From Ignavibacteriota bacterium (GTDB lineage Bacteria > Bacteroidota > Ignavibacteria > UBA10030), in contig OY969585.1 of NCBI GenBank assembly GCA_963701295.1, positions 96,001 through 160,000 of the forward strand: a DNA stretch of 64,000 nucleotides, read 5' to 3'. Position 1 is the stretch's first letter. Each line of letters opens with the position of its first letter. The notes under the pieces were generated by a model. The model searched no databases. It saw nothing but the letters and a program-made list of their open reading frames with translations, and was not told the origin of the DNA. The translations under genes were made by a program, and so were the position numbers. Below, one piece after another: positions 60,901-64,000 of the stretch.

Positions 60901-62556
60901 CCCGCTGGCGCCGGTCGCCGTGAGATCAAATGACAAAGCACTCCCATATCTTTTGTCCTTGAGCAATTCAGCGAGATCGAGTGATCTGATTTTAGCAATG
61001 ATGTTGTAATTCGACGAATCTTGTCGGAAGAACTGAAGAGAACTCGAAAGCTCATAGGTACAACTTCCCACAGAAGCCGCAACGTGAGATCGCAGCATTG
61101 CATCAGCGATGTCAAATACGAAGACAGAACGCTGCACAGACAATCCATTGAACAATGAGGAATCCATCTCTATTCTTGCAAGTCCTGTCATAGTACGCGG
61201 ATCAAAGCCCGTTCCATCGATTGTCATCCGAGCATTAAGGTTGCTACTCATCTTCTCATCTTGGAGAATAGTGCTCAATGCCAACGAATGCATAGCTAAC
61301 GTTCCTGAATACGTGATATCTTCCGGAAGGATTTTCATTTTCCCATCAATATCAATATTTCCTGCAGCAGTACCGCAAGAGATGTGCGCTTTGAAATCCA
61401 GCGGCCGCCCTTCATAACTCAGAGAATACTTGACAGGACCGAGAAAAGTAAAATCTGGCAGTTTCAAGCCTGGCAAACAATCGATGAGATCGCGCGGTGC
61501 GATAACGTTATCATCCGCTTGCACTGTCATTTCCAAATTGCTCGCAGAATGCAAATTTCGCAGACGCCCTTGAAGCTGAACATACGAGTGAGGCATTTGG
61601 ATAGCAAGTTTTTCAATTTTCAAATCTCCAAATGTACCGCTCGCTTTCAAACGGAGCTTCAGTTCGCGATCAAGAAAATCCACCGATGGATAAAGAAATT
61701 GCTTCAATTCCTTTGTATCGATATCTTCTGCCGAGAGTGTAAGATCAACGGGCTTCATCTTCAACTCTTCCACACTCGACAAGGAAGTGATGTCCACACC
61801 TTTTATTCCTGCGTCAAGACGCACATGAGATTTTGAAGTTTCGATATGCACATTTCGCGCGCTTACTTCGTCCTTCGCAAGCAAGAAATCTCCCTCAAAG
61901 TGTTTTAATGCAAACGACGGCTCTTGAGAAGTAAATTCGAGATTTCTCAGCTTCGCTTCATATCTGCCGTTTTTAATTCTTGCAGCGGTTTCCAACGACA
62001 GTCCAAAGAGATGAATCCGGGCATAATCGATCACACTGTCCGGAGGGACTTTAGAGGTACCGTTCTGCCGTTGAGAAAGAAGGAGAGAATCTGTTAAAAT
62101 CAATTCTGCATCCTGCAATTTCAGCCTTTTGATGTCGATGGTCCATGCAAATGGAGTAGTGTCCGCCTCTGTCAGTTTGATGAGATGTGCAACGTTCCAT
62201 GATCCATCGATTGAGCGATAGACATGGATATGCGGTTTTACAATAACGACATTGTTGATTGCAACCCGTTTAAAGAAAAACCCCAATAAATCGTATTTGA
62301 ATTCGATGTGCTCCGATGAAATAAATTCATTGTCAGATCCATGGACAGATACACTATCCACCGAAAAACCGGTGAGAAGATTACCATCGATGCTTCCGAA
62401 CTGAAGCTGACCGTTGATTGCAACGCGTGATTCGAGGAGGAGTGTGTTACGAAGATATGTCTTGAATGAGCGGGTCCGGGTATACCCGATGATAGCGATG
62501 AGAACAAACAAAAGAACACCACTCAAATAATATGTAATTCGAAAGAACTTACGCAC
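57973..62556 (-). CDS. TamB/AsmA-family translocation-assembly protein
   Basis: N-terminal signal anchor, RSIDGSWNV, long beta-rich body, FTGDVLNPEL, QVTGTRNEPK, C-terminal GYRFTF. Confidence 0.8.
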   Translation of the reverse strand: MRKFFRITYYLSGVLLFVLIAIIGYTRTRSFKTYLRNTLLLESRVAINGQLQFGSIDGNLLTGFSVDSVSVHGSDNEFISSEHIEFKYDLLGFFFKRVAINNVVIVKPHIHVYRSIDGSWNVAHLIKLTEADTTPFAWTIDIKRLKLQDAELILTDSLLLSQRQNGTSKVPPDSVIDYARIHLFGLSLETAARIKNGRYEAKLRNLEFTSQEPSFALKHFEGDFLLAKDEVSARNVHIETSKSHVRLDAGIKGVDITSLSSVEELKMKPVDLTLSAEDIDTKELKQFLYPSVDFLDRELKLRLKASGTFGDLKIEKLAIQMPHSYVQLQGRLRNLHSASNLEMTVQADDNVIAPRDLIDCLPGLKLPDFTFLGPVKYSLSYEGRPLDFKAHISCGTAAGNIDIDGKMKILPEDITYSGTLAMHSLALSTILQDEKMSSNLNARMTIDGTGFDPRTMTGLARIEMDSSLFNGLSVQRSVFVFDIADAMLRSHVAASVGSCTYELSSSLQFFRQDSSNYNIIAKIRSLDLAELLKDKRYGSALSFDLTATGASGKTARSDTVNLDFYRSAFGTEEFESGEAKAIFTLRDNLQSNLQVTSTIGDLDVEGRFSPGSFIAAWDNSYRLVTEAIAYRFQSLDSLRSHKGTIAAEQKFQPSRVRRNVPIESQFHLTVNDFEPIGLFIHIPMSGQGIVEGSIVGDSTALQLKGKVNLEQFGLRAGTDTLTVDTAAIQYSFGGISAQTIFQTFDASVETDLKNFTINAFLFNQLSGQLNVKSDSSIFQFSAFIDSTARVRIGGVSRVNASLMEFEMPELHIEVEQYVAENADTIRLVLGRDGFYIQSLTMVHESEKALLSGYFSPTGISDLNISLSGFLLSNLKHVLHRGPYAKSSVQFGGRVDAITSFRGSFESPNIIVDLKADGVRAEDVLQNKSQVFGKVESHLAYSEYVLTLLVKFISHSDDPQASPDLLLSGSLPYEFVLAREAPHKLVGQVDLTLKATGMDLKFLDPFIPEISNLNGMMTCDMRMKGPFDAPQYEGSMSIQQASLVFDPLGIRYVLDGDLIPAGDRIQLEHFTIQNDPKGAKPIGTMKVSGNFTLLGLNLRHFDIVAQGDLKVMSEDKRFVGQKLYGDLFAATGPKGLRWQGDLSASMVRGDVFIKDAQLVLPPEREVEFVRARAVNVSFLDDTARTAPKTSEELKSYNGKTKSPQTSGKAANGAEFPSPLSEAVHNSFLDGISYDVGIETQGPTTLRFVFNTQTSEELFADLQGRLYFNRSPGISRLTGQVEVSNRSYYDFFKKFEATGKLLFTGDVLNPELEVSGTYQGIHHATKTGSTTDTVDEQVLVTLQVTGTRNEPKTKISLQTKTFSDKDWRKWEDKEGRSDEEANAMAFIISGQFRDELTDQQRMGLIGTNLGFALASGMVTGPLSEALRRSTWGYIQSVDVIYIGGQFSTQSTDLRVTGQVGETVIRAGGRVLNDITNANVSVELPVSTIVGSDGYRNLILTIERRVEGIQNAEEQRRASDGVRLGYRFTF

Positions 62557-62638
62557 GTTCTCTTTCTCACTCAGCCGTTACAGTGAAGGCGTACATCGAT
62601 GCGTTCGCCGGTTTCTTGATACACCGCAGAGTGCATGC

Positions 62639-63118
62639 TCATTGCGTTCCGCTGGCAGCGATCTTTTGGATAATGTTTGTCGTGGAGCAATTGGGCACAT
62701 AATCGATCGTTTGTACCTTTCCTCCTGCCGCTTCGACGATGTCTTTCCCCACTATGTCATCGATTGCCCAATCGGATCCTTTCACCAATACATCCGGCAC
62801 AACCGCTTTGATGAGATTAAACGGCGTATCTTCATCGAACAAGCAGACATAATCCACTACGCGAAGAGCAGCAAGCACAAACGCGCGGTCATCCTGAGAA
62901 ACGACGGGCCGCTGCGGCCCTTTCAAATGCTGTACCGAAGCATCGGTATTCATGCCTACAAGAAGCACATCACCAAGAGCTTTTGCTTTCATCAAATATT
63001 CCACATGCCCGCGATGCACAATATCGAAAACGCCATTCGTGAAGACGACCTTCTTCCCCTTACGTTTCAATAGATCTCTGATTTTTAGCAAGTCGGTGCG
63101 TACAACCACTTCACCCAT
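62639..63118 (-). CDS. rfaE2: D-glycero-beta-D-manno-heptose 1-phosphate adenylyltransferase
   Basis: VFTNGVFDIVHRGH, NTDASV..LKG..RP, FDEDTP, PDVLVKGSD. Confidence 0.93.
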   Translation of the reverse strand: MGEVVVRTDLLKIRDLLKRKGKKVVFTNGVFDIVHRGHVEYLMKAKALGDVLLVGMNTDASVQHLKGPQRPVVSQDDRAFVLAALRVVDYVCLFDEDTPFNLIKAVVPDVLVKGSDWAIDDIVGKDIVEAAGGKVQTIDYVPNCSTTNIIQKIAASGTQ

Positions 63119-64000
63119 TAGCGATTACCTCCGTTGCTGTTATCTTTCAAGATTGTTTGGATGAGAATGTCCTTTTCAATCGGTACAATACCAACTTCTC
63201 CGCATACAATTCCTCCGGCATAATTGGCGAGCGCAGCCGATTCCCGAACAGATGCACCAGCCACCATTGCCATTGTGAGAGTTGCAATCACAGTATCGCC
63301 TGCACCTGAAACATCTGCAACATGTCTTGCTTTTGTTTCCACATGCGCTAACGAACCGTTTCGTTCAAGAAGAATCATTCCCATTTCGCCGAGTGTCAGT
63401 AATACATTGTCGGCAGCAAGTTTTTTAAGAAGATCGCGCGCTGCTCCTTCCATGTCGTCAAACGTATGGAGCCGGTGACCCAGCGCTTCTTCGGCTTCTT
63501 TGCGGTTTGGCTTGAAAACGGACACACCTTGATATTCGAAAAAATTATTCGATTTTGGATCTACGGTAATAGGCTTTTTATGATCTTTCGCCAACTGAAT
63601 GATGGATCTAATCAAGCCTTTCGTCAGCACACCTTTGTTGTAGTCTTCGAGAATGATTCCATCCAGTGACTTTATTCGATTTTCAAGCGCAGCAAGAACC
63701 TTTCCTTGTGTGCCGGCGTTGAGATCGATCTTTTCCTCCTGATCGATTCGCACAACATGCTGTCCGTGCGCAATAACGCGTGTTTTGATTGTTGTGGGAC
63801 GCGAGCTATCGACAACAATTCCATTTGTAGGAAAACCCTTTTCTGTTACCAACGTTCGCAGTGATTCCGCACCTGCATCCTTGCCGACAACGCCGATCAT
63901 AATCGGCACACCACCAAGCGATGAAATATTGTTCGCAACATTTGCCGCTCCGCCAAGCCGTGTGGACTCATTATCTATTTCAACTACAGGGACCGGCGCT
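63118..64000 (-). CDS. rfaE1: D-glycero-beta-D-manno-heptose-7-phosphate kinase, 5' end outside the window
   Basis: The frame stays open to the window edge (APVPVVE...LGGAANVANN). RPTTIKTRV, EDYNKG, VDPK, DVSGAGDT. Confidence 0.93.
   Translation of the reverse strand, partial: APVPVVEIDNESTRLGGAANVANNISSLGGVPIMIGVVGKDAGAESLRTLVTEKGFPTNGIVVDSSRPTTIKTRVIAHGQHVVRIDQEEKIDLNAGTQGKVLAALENRIKSLDGIILEDYNKGVLTKGLIRSIIQLAKDHKKPITVDPKSNNFFEYQGVSVFKPNRKEAEEALGHRLHTFDDMEGAARDLLKKLAADNVLLTLGEMGMILLERNGSLAHVETKARHVADVSGAGDTVIATLTMAMVAGASVRESAALANYAGGIVCGEVGIVPIEKDILIQTILKDNSNGGNR

Overview
Bacterial chromosomal window. The gene content, lipoprotein and beta-barrel style suggest Ignavibacteria/FCB group; this is an inference, not tested. 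The left half (1-32.5 kb) is accessory. It holds two phylogenetically different phosphate (pst) operons, each preceded by 11-bp-period Pho-box-like repeats, with short minus-strand genes around them that carry integron attC/attI-like signatures but no integrase. These are followed by a 15.5-kb minus-strand signalling cluster: three beta-propeller/Y_Y_Y membrane sensors, a six-PAS cytoplasmic protein and a stand-alone ORF. All five end in the same CxxC...HxxCxxC domain instead of a kinase, and they sit next to a NarL-type kinase/regulator pair whose kinase has no sensor domain. This cluster is the best candidate for an undescribed system. The right half is mostly housekeeping (uvrB, comF, UvrD-like helicase, ackA, glgP, nusB, rnr, TamB-like, rfaE1/E2), plus unusual TPR/TerB-like/REC paralogues and a degenerate membrane class III cyclase. 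Four frameshifts and one in-frame stop may be assembly errors. I found no rRNA, tRNA or CRISPR array.
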